Assembly: GCA_950097015.1 (NCBI GenBank)
Contig: CATNEN010000003.1
Span: 4,960,001 to 5,024,000 of the forward strand
Length of the DNA stretch: 64,000 bases
Reading direction: 5' to 3'
Source: Macrostomum hystrix
Taxonomy: Eukaryota; Animalia; Platyhelminthes
The translations under genes and the position numbers were made by a program. A model generated the notes under the pieces. That model ran no database searches. It had not been told where the DNA came from and saw nothing but the letters and a program-made list of their open reading frames with translations. Shown here one piece after another: positions 1-50,100 of this stretch. The number at the start of each line of letters is the position of its first letter. Position 1 is the stretch's first letter.

Positions 1-117
1 TTGCTTTGCAAGATATTGACAGTAAATCTACTTACAGTGCTAATCAAGCTAGGAATTAATTTCAAAATATTTTCCTTTAATTTTCGACTAATACGCATTG
101 GATGGGATTTGACACCT

Positions 118-496
118 CTGTTTTCCAAAAACATCCCGAATATAACATGCAAAAGATTCGCATATTTATCCTGCGATAACATGTTATCGTGTTACAATTA
201 CATTATAATTTATTATAAATTATTAATTATGTCATTTTTTATTAATGAATACTTTCAGCGGCTTGAAATATAAGTCCAAATACTATAGAAATGCAAAACT
301 ATAACAATTAGACATACATCACAGGACCTGCAAAGTAACACTGACATGTAGTAACAATAAGCTAGTTACAATTTATACGTTTGCTTTCACGATTAACTTT
401 CATAGAAGCTCGAATTCTGTAACACGGTAACATGTTATCGCAGGAAAAATATGCGAAACTTTTGCATGTTATATTCGTGATGTTTTTGGAAAACAG
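118..496. mobile_element. MITE-like element with ~80-bp terminal inverted repeats, upstream of VPS8
   Basis: 118-196 (CTGTTTTCCAAAACATCCCGAATATAACATGCAAAAG..GTGTTACA) is a near-perfect reverse complement of 418-496; AT-rich non-coding interior; no clear TSD. Confidence 0.7.
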
Positions 497-801
497 CCCT
501 CGGATTTAAGCACTGCTTGCTGGACTTCAGAAAGCAAAATATTGTAACCCTTTTATTAAAAATCATAAAACGAAACATGTTTTTTGTTAAGATAAGTAAA
601 TTTACCTTTCCTTTTAGTTATCGTTTTTTGTTCTAACGGTTGCTTTCTTGGCAGGAATTTGGAAGAAACAGTAAGATAGATTTTCTTAGAACGCATTTTA
701 GGAACAGTCATAAAACTGCATCAATCTTTTTTATTGTTTAATTCTGCTAACATTAATATATCAGTCCAAAATATATAAAAAAACGTATCAACAATATACT
801 G

Positions 802-38892
<38,091 letters not shown>

Positions 38893-39029
38893 TATTGACG
38901 TCAGGAAAAAATACCAAATCCTAATTCGAAATCCCCAACTTGGAGCTTGTATTCGAAATCGTATCTCATTGTTTAGCCTTCTAGATCTCGATTCAGATTT
39001 TTTACGAGTATCTGTCGAATCGTGTGCCT

Positions 39030-39710
39030 AGAATCCCAAATCACTGTCAGAAATTTAGGAGCCCAAATCCTAGTCCCGTAAGGGAAATCTCAAATCCTAA
39101 ATCCCAAATCCTTAAGCCTGAATCTGAAATCCCAAATCCTTAAGCCTGAATCTGAAATCCCAAATCCTTCATCTCGTATCTGGAATCCCAAATCCTTCAT
39201 CTTGTATCTGGAATCCCAAATCCTTAATCTCGTAACTGAAATCCCAAATCCTTAATCCTATGTCTGAAATACCAAATCCTCAATCCCGTAGCTGAAATCC
39301 TAAATCCTAAATCTTAAATCCTGAATCTGAAATCCCAAATCCTCAATCCCGTAGCTGAAATCCTAAATCCTAAATCCTAAATCCTAAATCCTAAATTCTG
39401 AATCTGAAATCCCAAATCCTCAATCCCGTAGCTGAAATCCCAAATCCTTAATCCTATGTCTGAAATACCAAATCCTCAATCCCGTAGCTGAAATCCTAAA
39501 TCCTAAATCCTGAATCTGAAATCCCAAATCCTCAATCCCGTAGCTGAAATCCTAAATCCTAAATCCTGAATCTGAAATCCCAAATCCTTAATCCCGTAGC
39601 TGAAATCCGAAATCCTTAACCCTATATCTGAAATCCCAAATCCTTAATCCAGTAGTTAAAATCTCAAAGCTTAAATTTTTTATTCAAAATCCTAAATCCT
39701 TAATCACTAT
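39030..39710. repeat. Degenerate 7-bp-based (~28-bp) repeat (AAATCCC/AAATCCT/GTAGCTG) downstream of the VPS8 stop
   Basis: Repeated GAAATCCCAAATCCTTAATCCCGTAGCT variants. Confidence 0.85.
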
Positions 39711-40234
39711 TCGAAGCCCCAACTCTAAAACTCGAATCGGAAAAATTACTAATCTGTAATCCTGTAACTGAATTCCTAATCCTGTATTAAAAAATCTATA
39801 TCGATCGCTAATCCTGTTACTAAAATCCCGAATTCCAAAATTAAATCTAGAACCACTTATCATGATCTTATATCGGAAATTCTTCATCCCAGTTCTTCGT
39901 CCTTCGCTTTTTTATTTATTTTTTTAGACTAACGAATGTACTCTTTGTGATTTATTATTTGTCACTGTCAGTCTAGATTGAAGTCAGTGATTATTACTTG
40001 TTTAGAATCTAAAATTTTGATCCTAATTTTTTAAGTAGCTGACGTTCTATGTTAATTTCGTATCGAGATTTCCAGAACAATGCTAGGAATATATTACTTG
40101 TTTCGCCTAATCATTGCCATTATAGTTATAGCTTCAACCTACTCGTAAAATGCTTTTCTTGCACAATCAAATCACAATTGCTATTCCTGGAATTAATTAT
40201 GTACGCTGCTGTTTACATAGCTTCATACAAGTTA

Positions 40235-40590
40235 GGGGGGGTGAGTGGCACAGTGGTTAACGCGTTTGCCTCTCGCACCAAGGTCCCTGAGCTCGATTCC
40301 GCGGCGAGGCCGCATTCATTTGGGGCGCAGCCGCGGAGAGAAGGCTTGGGTGCTTGTCGTGCAATTTTACGCCCTCGAGGGCCAACCTCCAAGGCACAGT
40401 GAGAGTGTACACTGCCTGACGATGAGAAAGTCAGGGCAGATGTACACACTCTGTGTGAGCGTATGCCTGCATATACAGTATCTGTGTGCGTGTGTACTCA
40501 GGAGAATGGGCAGAATTGCCTCGTCGCTGGCTGCTGGTCTAGGGTCACGAAATGTTGTGCCATGACCCGCAGCCCTCCTGCTATTAATAT
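40235..40590 (+). mobile_element. tRNA-derived SINE-like element (family A)
   Basis: GGGGG start, A-box-like TGGCACAGTGG, B-box-like GCTCGATTCC, then a GC-rich body with a hairpin and an AT-rich end; related fragments at 47450-47522 and 47878-47947. Confidence 0.7.
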
Positions 40591-41215
40591 TTTTTATTAG
40601 CAGGCAGATTGTTAGATACTTGACAGTAGAACTGAAAAGTGTCAGAAAATCGTGTCTTATCATATAGCAATCATGTCTAAGTTTACAGCATACACAGATT
40701 CGATCTTTGATGTTGAAAATTTCTGCTTTACGAGTGTAATCTAGCCAATTTTTAACATTTGTTTACCAAACTCATTTGAGTGATCTAACTCCAAGCCGCT
40801 ATATTAATTGCAGTTTTCATTGCAGCCTTCTGATTTTGGTAACCAAATCGATATTTATTTAAGTTCTAGCATGCTCTAGCACTTTTGTTAAACTTTTCTA
40901 TTTGCTTTTTTCTGTTTTCTGCAAGAACTGCATACGAGAAATGTCTTTTGATCAAATACTGAAACTAAATGCATAATGATTCTTTCTTTATACTCGTACC
41001 TACTAAATGAACGTGATTAAATAATAAATGAAAGTGTTCGCGGAAATAAAAGATGATAATTTCACTAAGAAATTCATATTTATTGCTTTTTTGCTTCATT
41101 TAAAAAAATTATTGTTGTATAATAACAAAATTACAGTATAGGCCGACTTTTCAGGCAATCTTATTGTTGTCCTCGAGAACGTGTTTAGGCTTTTCTAGAA
41201 TGTCTCGCTCTGATC

Positions 41216-41637
41216 CTTCAGAACTTCTCATTCAGGTGCTTCAGAACGTCTTATTCAGGTGCTTCAGAACTTCTCATTCAGGTTCTTCAGAACTTCTCAT
41301 TCAGGTGCTTCAGAACTTCTCATTCAGGTGCTTCAGAACTTCTCATTCAGGTGCTTCAGAACTTCTCATTCAGGTGCTTCAGAACTTCTCATTCAGGTGC
41401 TTCAGAACTTCTCATTCAGGTGCTTCAGAACTTCTCATTCAGGTGCTTCAGAACTTCTCATTCAGGTGCTTCAGAACTTCTCATTCAGGTGCTTCAGAAC
41501 TTCTCATTCAGGTGCTTCAGAACTTCTCATTCAGGTTCTTCAGAACTTCTCATTCAGGTGCTTCAGAACTTCTCATTCAGGTGCTTCAGAACTTCTCATT
41601 CAGGTGCTTCAGAACTTCTCATTCCCGTCCTTCAGAA
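41216..41637. repeat. 23-bp minisatellite (CTTCAGAACTTCTCATTCAGGTG), ~18 units, upstream of the Mpv17-like acceptor
   Basis: Near-perfect tandem array. Confidence 0.95.
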
Positions 41638-41779
41638 AGTATTTTATGATCATTTGGAGCGTCCTCGTTCGTGTCCTTCTTAACGTCTCCGTTCCTTCAG
41701 AACTGTTTCTTAAACAGTTGTATGGTTTTCAATAATTCTAAATCTAATACGAGCGTAAACCTGTTGTTCCTCTTTCCAG

Positions 41780-42487
41780 TTTCGCAGGTTAGGCCGTCTA
41801 CGCGCTGTCTTGCGACTCAGTCGGCGTCGCGTTAACCGACTATTCACTAGGCACCTGCTGGCCGCCAATTGCGCTGTCTGTGGCGCCAGCTCGTGCCTAG
41901 GCGACATCATTAGTCAGCACCTGGAGTTGACTAATGCCAATCGCGAGGTAGCTATAAATTCGGCGAGCGAGAGAACTGCGCTTCGCAGCAATGAGAGACG
42001 ACGGACGTATTTTTGGGGTCGAACTGCGACAATAACATTGTGCGGGCTAATGCTGGGCCCAGTGTCGCACTATTGGTACCTGTATTTAGATCGCCGATTT
42101 GTTGGTCGTAGCGCACGATCAGTGGCCTATAAGCTTCTATTTGACACGCTGCTGTTCTCGCCATTGTACATCGGTCTGTACGTTGTGTCTTTGGGCATTT
42201 TGCGCGCATCGTCTATGGAAGAGATGCGGCGAGATCTGGTTGAATCTTTCATTACTATTTATAAATATGAAGCCACAGTTTGGACTGCGCTGCAATTGGT
42301 CAATTTTTACTTCTTGCCAACTCATTGGCGAGTTGCTTTCGACAATCTGGTGTCTCTGGGTTTCGACGTTCTTTATTCTTATAGACTGAATCAAAGGCAA
42401 AATCAACAGTCTAATACATTGCAAGATGAGAAACTTTCTGATCGAGAAACAGCTGCAGATGTGATTATAGTTCACAAGAAACACTAG
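41780..42487 (+). CDS. Mpv17/PMP22 family membrane protein, MPV17L2-like; 5' end starts at a splice acceptor, no genomic ATG
   Basis: ORF motifs RLFTRHLLAAN..LGDIISQ, RTATITLCGLMLGPVSHYWYLYLDR, KLLFDTLLFSP, VWTALQLVNFYFLPTHWRVAFDNLVSLGFD match the Mpv17/PMP22 family. Polypyrimidine tract and CAG at 41777-41779, branch-like CTAAT at 41744, in-frame TAA at 41756. Confidence 0.88.
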   Translation, partial: FRRLGRLRAVLRLSRRRVNRLFTRHLLAANCAVCGASSCLGDIISQHLELTNANREVAINSASERTALRSNERRRTYFWGRTATITLCGLMLGPVSHYWYLYLDRRFVGRSARSVAYKLLFDTLLFSPLYIGLYVVSLGILRASSMEEMRRDLVESFITIYKYEATVWTALQLVNFYFLPTHWRVAFDNLVSLGFDVLYSYRLNQRQNQQSNTLQDEKLSDRETAADVIIVHKKH

Positions 42488-43664
42488 CTTGAATTAAATA
42501 TTTATTTATGACCTAAAATATGCGAATAATTGTCCAACTCGAACTCTCCCACTCTTTCGGCTTTTGATTTATTTCATTTTATTTCTATTTTCTTTTTAAC
42601 TTTGACATTGTTTTGTGAATATTATAAAATAGCGTTGAAGGCATTTATTTTTTTCAAACTTTTTGTGGTCAAATTTGCGAAACATTAATTTATGCTTTCT
42701 CAACTACTTTGCATTGCTCTTTCGACAGAAGTTGGTTTCAAGGCTTTGACGGCATTTAAGAAAATAAATAGTTTATTTCATCTGCAACGAAACTGCACAG
42801 TTAAAAAATGCAATGCGGAACGAATCATTTTCTTCTACTTTTACGCCTGTACGAACAGCATCGTGCGGTTTTATCGCATTCATTATTGATGAATCAATCG
42901 CAAACACAAAGCGAACTAATTCAACTATATAGAATTTTAATGTTGCACGTTAATATAAAAATTCGTGACTTTCTCCGGAGCAATAAGAATAAAACGAAGA
43001 TACAATAAATTAAGTAAAAAAACTATATACTAGAAACAAGAAGATTTAATTTATATTATAAAAACGTTTGTCAATAAAAATCTGCCTTTTAAAGTTTTAT
43101 TGCTTTATTGTGTTTAATTATTTCCTTCATGCTATTTTCTGTGATACTTATTCGTGACTACTAATATATAGACTACACCGCAAGCGTTTACGGAATTGTT
43201 AATTTTATTTTTGCCATCATTTATCTAAAACACTTTACCGTTTTAAATACTAGGGTAAATTTACCTGAATTTTCATTGATTTTGTGCTGTGAGGCCGCCT
43301 AAACGTTTGATGTGATTTTCAACTATACAATACATACATGTTCATTGAATTGCAAGGCCCATGCAGAATTTTACCTGTAGCAATCTCTATGAATCGTATT
43401 CTTTTTAGCTGCCACGAGTTTTATTATTAAGGTAGGGCCTAGTCTTGCAGCTAAATCCTTTTTTGGTTTTTGTGTTATTTAGCTAACTAGCTCTTTAAAA
43501 TATAGTCACAGTATATTTTCAGTTTTCAATAGATTGTAAGCTAGCTAGCTATTGGCAAAATGCCAAGATGAAAGTAGGCAATTATTAGCTAAGGGCTAAG
43601 TACTAATATACTGTACTAATTACAATAGATATAAAAATCGGCGATTTTTGTATCTAGTTTGAGT

Positions 43665-44119
43665 GGTCCCAGGTTATTTCGGTGACAGTCATTTCGGTGA
43701 CAACTCAAGTCATTTCAGTGAGACAATTAGTCAGATTGGTGACAACTATTTTTGCACCTAAATATGCTAAAAACTGCCTTCCATTTTAACTATGCACACT
43801 TATAAAGTATTAATTAAATAATGCTATAAGCATTAATAAGAAGCTGCATCACTCTGATTAAGTCTGGGTTTTACTTTAAATGAGTTGAATTATTAAATTA
43901 TTAAATGAGTAGTCAATAGTTTCAATAGTTATTTGTTCCTAATAAAATGTGTATAATAACCATTTTTCAAGTTTTGGATTGACAAGGCAAGTGCAGGCTT
44001 TAAGCAGCTGCTGGATCGTGGAAGGCTGTTTTCTCAGCATATTTAGGTGCAAAAATAGTTGTCACCGAACTGACCAATTCTGTCACCAAAATGTCTTGTC
44101 ACTGAAATGACCTGGGACC
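43665..44119. mobile_element. MITE (Mutator/foldback-like) with ~120-bp modular TIRs
   Basis: GGTCCCAGGT.. and ..ACCTGGGACC termini; internal repeats ATTTCGGTGACA; inverted block ACAACTATTTTTGCACCTAAATATGCT; flanks GTTTGAGT and ATTTGAGT (8-bp TSD with 1 mismatch). Confidence 0.75.
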
Positions 44120-47102
44120 ATTTGAGTTAGCAAGTATAAAAGTTAGTATGGCTATGTAGTCTGTCTGGCTGGTTGCCTTGCTAATTCCAAATATCCTTGA
44201 AGGTCCCTTAAAGGGACCCTCTTAAATTAGGCTAGATAATGTAGCTAGGTAGTGCTTATAGCCACAGTACTGTGCCAAAAACTTGCAAACTATTGCATAT
44301 TGGCACAAAAGAGTATAGTCTATATGGTCAGGCTCCTATATCTTCTTTATTATGCCATGGTAATTTAGGCAAAGCTCAAGTTTGCTTAATTAACTTTACT
44401 GTTGCAAAAGTTTGTTTGGAGTAAGAAACAAGTCATTTGCTAGCACAACTTTGGTTGCAACTTATGCAATGCTGTACAGTAAATTAAATTTACAAATTTG
44501 CTTAAAACAAATTTTCGTACGTATATATTTTTGTTACTTTTTTTGCTTTTTGTTATATTTCACAAATGGAAACACACTTCAGGTTTATTTTTTCATGTAT
44601 TTTTTATATTAAATGTCTGTTTAAAATATATTATACTATTTGATACTAACCATTGTAATTTTTCCGCAATTCTAGGCATCCTTTTTTATTTGCATTATTT
44701 GGTATGGAGCTTTGGGGCCAGTTTTTCACTTGGCATGATTTGGCATAAAATGGAGAAAGCATGCCAGATTTCTTCCAGCATATGGCCAGCATAATCCAGG
44801 CCTAAGGCATATAAGTTTGAAAATGTGTCATTTATTGATATATTTTGTAACATGTAACAGTATTGATGTTTTGATGTTACATGGTTCCTTTGTACTAAAT
44901 ATTGCCATACACAATTTGTATTTAACACTTTCAAAAATCATTTTTAAACATTTTTTATCTATCACAACACTTATATAACAAATGCGAGAGCCTATTTTTG
45001 TCTACTCTTCTATTAATAAGAGAGCCTTATTACCATAGTACCATAGGCATTGCAATAGTCTACAAGTTATAAGTTATTGGCATGGCATTTTGGCCATAGT
45101 CTAGATCATGTTTGGTGTATGCCTAACTAAAATTTTTAAGTGTTTTTTGTATGTTAAAGAACTAGTCATTGAATGCTAACTGTCAAAATTGTTGCTTCAG
45201 TGTACACTAACACACTCAATTCAAAACAATAGAAAAACTAAAAATGAACAAAAGCCTAATCAGAAGCAAAATCTTCCGTTGCAACATTGATAAAATATTA
45301 TATAAATTTATTTATTTGAAAAAGCAGCATATACTTTGCTTTACCTACTTATCACAATAAAAAAATCTGGCAAACTTTATTTAAAAGTTATTTCTTATTC
45401 TTATTTTAAAGCTTATTTATGACTTACTAATTTTATTTAACAGTCATGTAAGTTCACTTGCTACTTGTACTTGGTGGTTGTGTGAATTGATTTGGTATAC
45501 TAGATTTATCTGCACATGCCAGATTAAAACTGGTTTGTATGCCAACTTGATTTACTTGTACAAATGTATGCCAACAGCCATTCAAGACCAAATATAAGGT
45601 CACAGTCTGGTCTATAGTATGTTGGTACTAAAGCAATAAGTGTTGCTTAAATCCATAGTTAAAACCATGTAGTATCTGCCCAAGATTTTGGTGTGCACTG
45701 GTGTTTTTGCCCTAATGGAGCGAATAGAACAAATCCGCAATTGCTATATATCTAGAGTCTGACTCAATGTATTTGATTTCACGAAAAAATGCTGAAAGAC
45801 CTTTTTGATCTCTGTAGTGTATTTCTAAAAATAGAACAGGTACATGGTGATTTCGCAAAAATATGGACGCATATACCATTTTTTATCTCTGTAGTGTATT
45901 TCTATAATTAGAACAGCTAAGGTTGTCTTTTTGCACTCGGGCACTGCGGAGCAAGGGCGCACTGTTTGTTATACATCTACATACTTACAACAACTTTACA
46001 CACACAAGGCTACGTGGACAGGAATTTCTTTCACAATTTTTTACAAGCGTGCCAGATGCTGTCTGCAAAAACCCCTATTGGCTCCAATAGGGTGTTTTTT
46101 GGTGCACTGGTGTGCACATTTTTCTTCAAGGAAAAAGCACATTCATCAAGTAGTGAGCAATGAAAGATCACTATGATCATGATCCATAGTGCCAAGTAGC
46201 TGACCTATAATAACTTTTGTGTTACTCATAGTAACTGTTCTCTATACTTTAGCTAGTATCTGCCTATGCCACTCGTTTTTTTCATCTCCCAAAAATCATT
46301 TGGGCTATTGACCATACTCCTTTGGCTGAAACAATGACAGTAAGTTAACACATCAAAATAATCAATGTATTTGTTTTGAAATTCATTGTCAATTTTTAGA
46401 TAATGCATCTAGTTAAGGCAGAATAAAATAATTTAGCTGCTTGTAATTTATTTTATAACATTATCTAAATTATTATTTTTTAAACAAAACCCCTTAGTAT
46501 GTAAAAAAATGTTTTACATGTTCTTTAAAATGTATTTTTAACAAAGTGTGCACTAAATGATAAATAAAAAATAAAAAATTCTAATAGTCAACTAACTTTT
46601 AAGCTTTTTGAGATTAGTTTAATAAATGTATATATATTGTTTAGTTTCTATTCTCTAATACAAATACATGTATCAAGACTTTAAAGTGTATCTTTTAAGG
46701 TGCAAAGGGCCAAGATTTTCCTATGTTTAGCCTAGTGTTTTCCTATACTGTCCTCCTATAATAATAGTTTATTGCACATATGTGTCATTTACAAGGTATC
46801 ATCTGTATCATCCTTTTTTCTGATCAACACTTCCCTATCATTATCTTTCAGTGTGGCACATGTGATACTGTGGTCACCTCTAAGAGCAAACCAAATGCTT
46901 TGGCGATTGTCCCCTTGGCGATTTGGGTGAAACAAGCCAAATTAAAAGCAATTAAACATTAAACATTGCTACTTGCTACATATAAATTGTAGTATAGTGC
47001 CTTCTCTGCTTATAACAAAATCAAGCTGTGCTAATTCAAAATTAAACTGCTCAGTGTGCCAGTCTATTCTTAAAATTGAGTCCTTTACTTGCTGACTTCA
47101 TT

Positions 47103-50100
47103 ATGTCCGAACGAGAACTTGGCGACACGCGTCGCCTGGAATCTCTAGCTCGCATGTACATGGAAGGCGTCTCAGTTCACGGAGCCAAAGTGGTCTCGGT
47201 GGAGACTCTGTTAGACATCTTGCTGGTGCTGCACGACGAATGCGGCCGAATGTGCAATCATATGCGACCGGATCGGATGATAGCAGACTTTGTTGGTGCT
47301 CTAAGGCCGGCCGTGGATTTGGTGAAGCAGACCCGTTTGACTAGGGAAGACTTTGAGATTCTTAAGGTGAGCAGTTGTACTGTACTTGACCTCCTTTATG
47401 TAATATCCTCAGTTTCCTAATAAATTTTACTTTTTAAATCCTTTTTTTTCTCGCCCTAGAATCGAGCTTAGGATCTTGGTGCGAGTGGCAAACGCTTTAG
47501 ATCGCTCTGCCACTGACCCCCCAAGGATTTTACTTTCTTAGAAACCAATGTCTACCCTTTAGGAAAATCACCTTTCAACTCTTTCCACGAATTTCATCAC
47601 CTTTTCTAAAGCTCAAAAATCGACAATTGACTCGCCTCGCACGCAGGTCATCGGTCGTGGCGCTTTCGGCGAAGTGGCCGTTGTCAGACTTCGCGGTCTT
47701 GGCCAAGTCTACGCCATGAAGACTCTAAACAAATGGGAGATGCTGAAACGAGCGGATACTGCCTGCTTCAGGGAAGAGCGCGATGTTCTGGTTCACGGTG
47801 ACTCTAATTGGATCACTAGGCTGCATTATGCATTCCAGGTGAGTTAATTGGCGCGATAATAGACTCATTCCGCTGAACTCCCTGAGCACAAACTCACAGT
47901 GTGTACCTCTGCTCGACCTTTCTTATAATCAGGCAATGTAAACCCTCGTAAGCACACAAATGTAGAACTAGTTTTTTTTAAATAAAGTAACTTGAACTTG
48001 TCTATTGTTTTAGGACGACAACTACCTATACCTGATCATGGACTACTATAGCGGAGGCGACATGCTCACATTGTTGAGCAAATTTGAAGACACCCTGCCC
48101 GAGCCGATGGCTCAATTCTATCTGGCTGAAATGATCTTGGCCATAGACAGTGTGCACAGGTTAGGCTACACGCATCGGGACGTGAAGCCAGACAATCTAC
48201 TATTGGACACCCATGGCCACCTAGTACTAGCCGACTTTGGTAGCTGTCTGAAACTAAACGAGTACGGCCTAGTAACTTCTAAAGTGACTGTTGGCACTCC
48301 GGATTATATTAGTCCTGAGGTGCTCCTGGCTATGGAGGACAGCAGCAAAGCCTACGGCCCGGAATGCGACTGGTGGAGTGTCGGCGTTTGCGCCTACGAA
48401 TTTCTGTTCGGAGAAACTCCATTCTACGCCGAGAGCTTGCTAACAACCTACTCTCAGATCATGGGCCACAAGAATTTCTTTAAACTGCCCGACCCAGCCG
48501 ACTCCAAAAATGTGTCCGCCTCAGCTAGGGATCTTATTAGTCGGCTAATCTGCGACCCGGATAAACGATTAGGTCGAGGCGGCCTTCAGGATTTCATCAA
48601 TCATCCATTCTTCGCCGGAGTTGATTGGGACAATATTCGCCGCTCTGAGGCGCCCTACATACCGGAGGTGCGCAGCGCCACGGACACCAGCAATTTCGAC
48701 ATTGAGGAGAACAATTTTAAAGAGATAAAAACTGAACCTCCGCCTAGTCACAGCGCTTTCAAAGGCTACCACCTGCCGTTTGTTGGCTTTACATTCTCCG
48801 AGAACAGTCCACTATCAGATGTTGGTCGACTGACAACTTTTTCCACCAAAGAGACTGTCTCGCTAGCTGAGGAAACTGAATCATCAACATCTGTTGCTAA
48901 ACAGACAAATAATAATTCCTCTGTTGAGGTGGCCGAACTAGTCGACAAGTGCTTAAAATTGGAAGTGTCCAATGCGCAGCTTCGCGAACAATTAGCCGCC
49001 GGTCGGGAGGATCAGCGCAGCGAGTTGGCGCGCGCCGACCAGCTGGCCAATCAGCTGCGAGCTCGTCAGGCCGAGCTCGAAGCCGAACTGGCGTCGATTC
49101 GTCGATCGGCGCAAGCCGAAGTCGACTCCGCCGCGGCCGATCTCGCTAAAGAGCGTCGACGTCGCGAAGCGGCCGAATTGCGTTTGACAGCTCTCGAAGG
49201 TCAAGTAGCTGTGGCAGCGGCTGCGCCTAGCCCCGCTGAATTAGATCGGGCTAATGCCACTATTAGCGAGCTCCGATCTGAACTAGCCTCTACTAGTGCT
49301 CGCCTTACCGAAGCTGAAGCCGAACGGCAAACCCAGGCGCGCTCTCTGGCCGATGAAAATCGTCGATTAGCTGGCCAACTGGCCACAACAGAGGCTCGCG
49401 AAGAGAGCCTAGCCAAATGGGAGGCCCAGATTGAAGATCTGACCGAATGGATCAGAGACGAAAAGGTGACAAAAGACAGACTTTTAATGTTCACAGCCAA
49501 GATGCTGGAAGATTTAGAAAACGTTCGCGCTCAGACTATGGCCGCGACCGCTGCGGCCAACGGATTCGGCAGCGGAGCTGCTGTTGCCGGTCTTGACAGC
49601 ACCTGGCGACGAAAGGCCCAAGAGAAGAAGGACAAGATGCTTATTTCTGAACTGGAGCTGACATTGAAGAGTGAACGCTCGGCCAAGGAGCAATTGTGGA
49701 GCGAGTTAAATGAGACAAAGGAGAAGATGGTCAGCTATCACGATCGATATCATCAGACTGTGCGTCAGAATGGCGAATTGATGGAACAGTTGCGCGAAAT
49801 GAAGAAGGAGCTACAATTGAGCACTACTTTGAGCGATTTGCCAACAATGAATCGGTCGTCATCTCGCAGCTTTGAAGAACGCTCGATTAGTCCTACGCCG
49901 CCTGAACGATCCGAGTCTTTGAAGGGCCAGACTACGACTCAGATGCGTCCTCGGCAGGGCTCTTCAGCAACTGCCAATCGAAGCAATAGCGTCGGCCCAG
50001 CTGTTGTACCGAAAACTGCTATTGCGGAGGCGCACGAATTCGTAATTAAAAGCTTCGACGCTCCGGCAAAGTGTCACGTGTGCACTTCCGTTATGCTGGG

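Noticed and set aside
40415-40430. Hammerhead-like core CTGACGA..GAAA in the SINE body
   Set aside because: Only 3 nt for stem II and no compatible stem I/III with an NUH cleavage site; a simple hairpin explains the sequence better.
45690-46118. Weak inverted similarity (CCCTAATGGAGCGAATAG / CTATTGGCTCCAATAGGG) and an internal ~38-bp direct repeat
   Set aside because: Probably an old transposon remnant, but termini and TSD cannot be defined.
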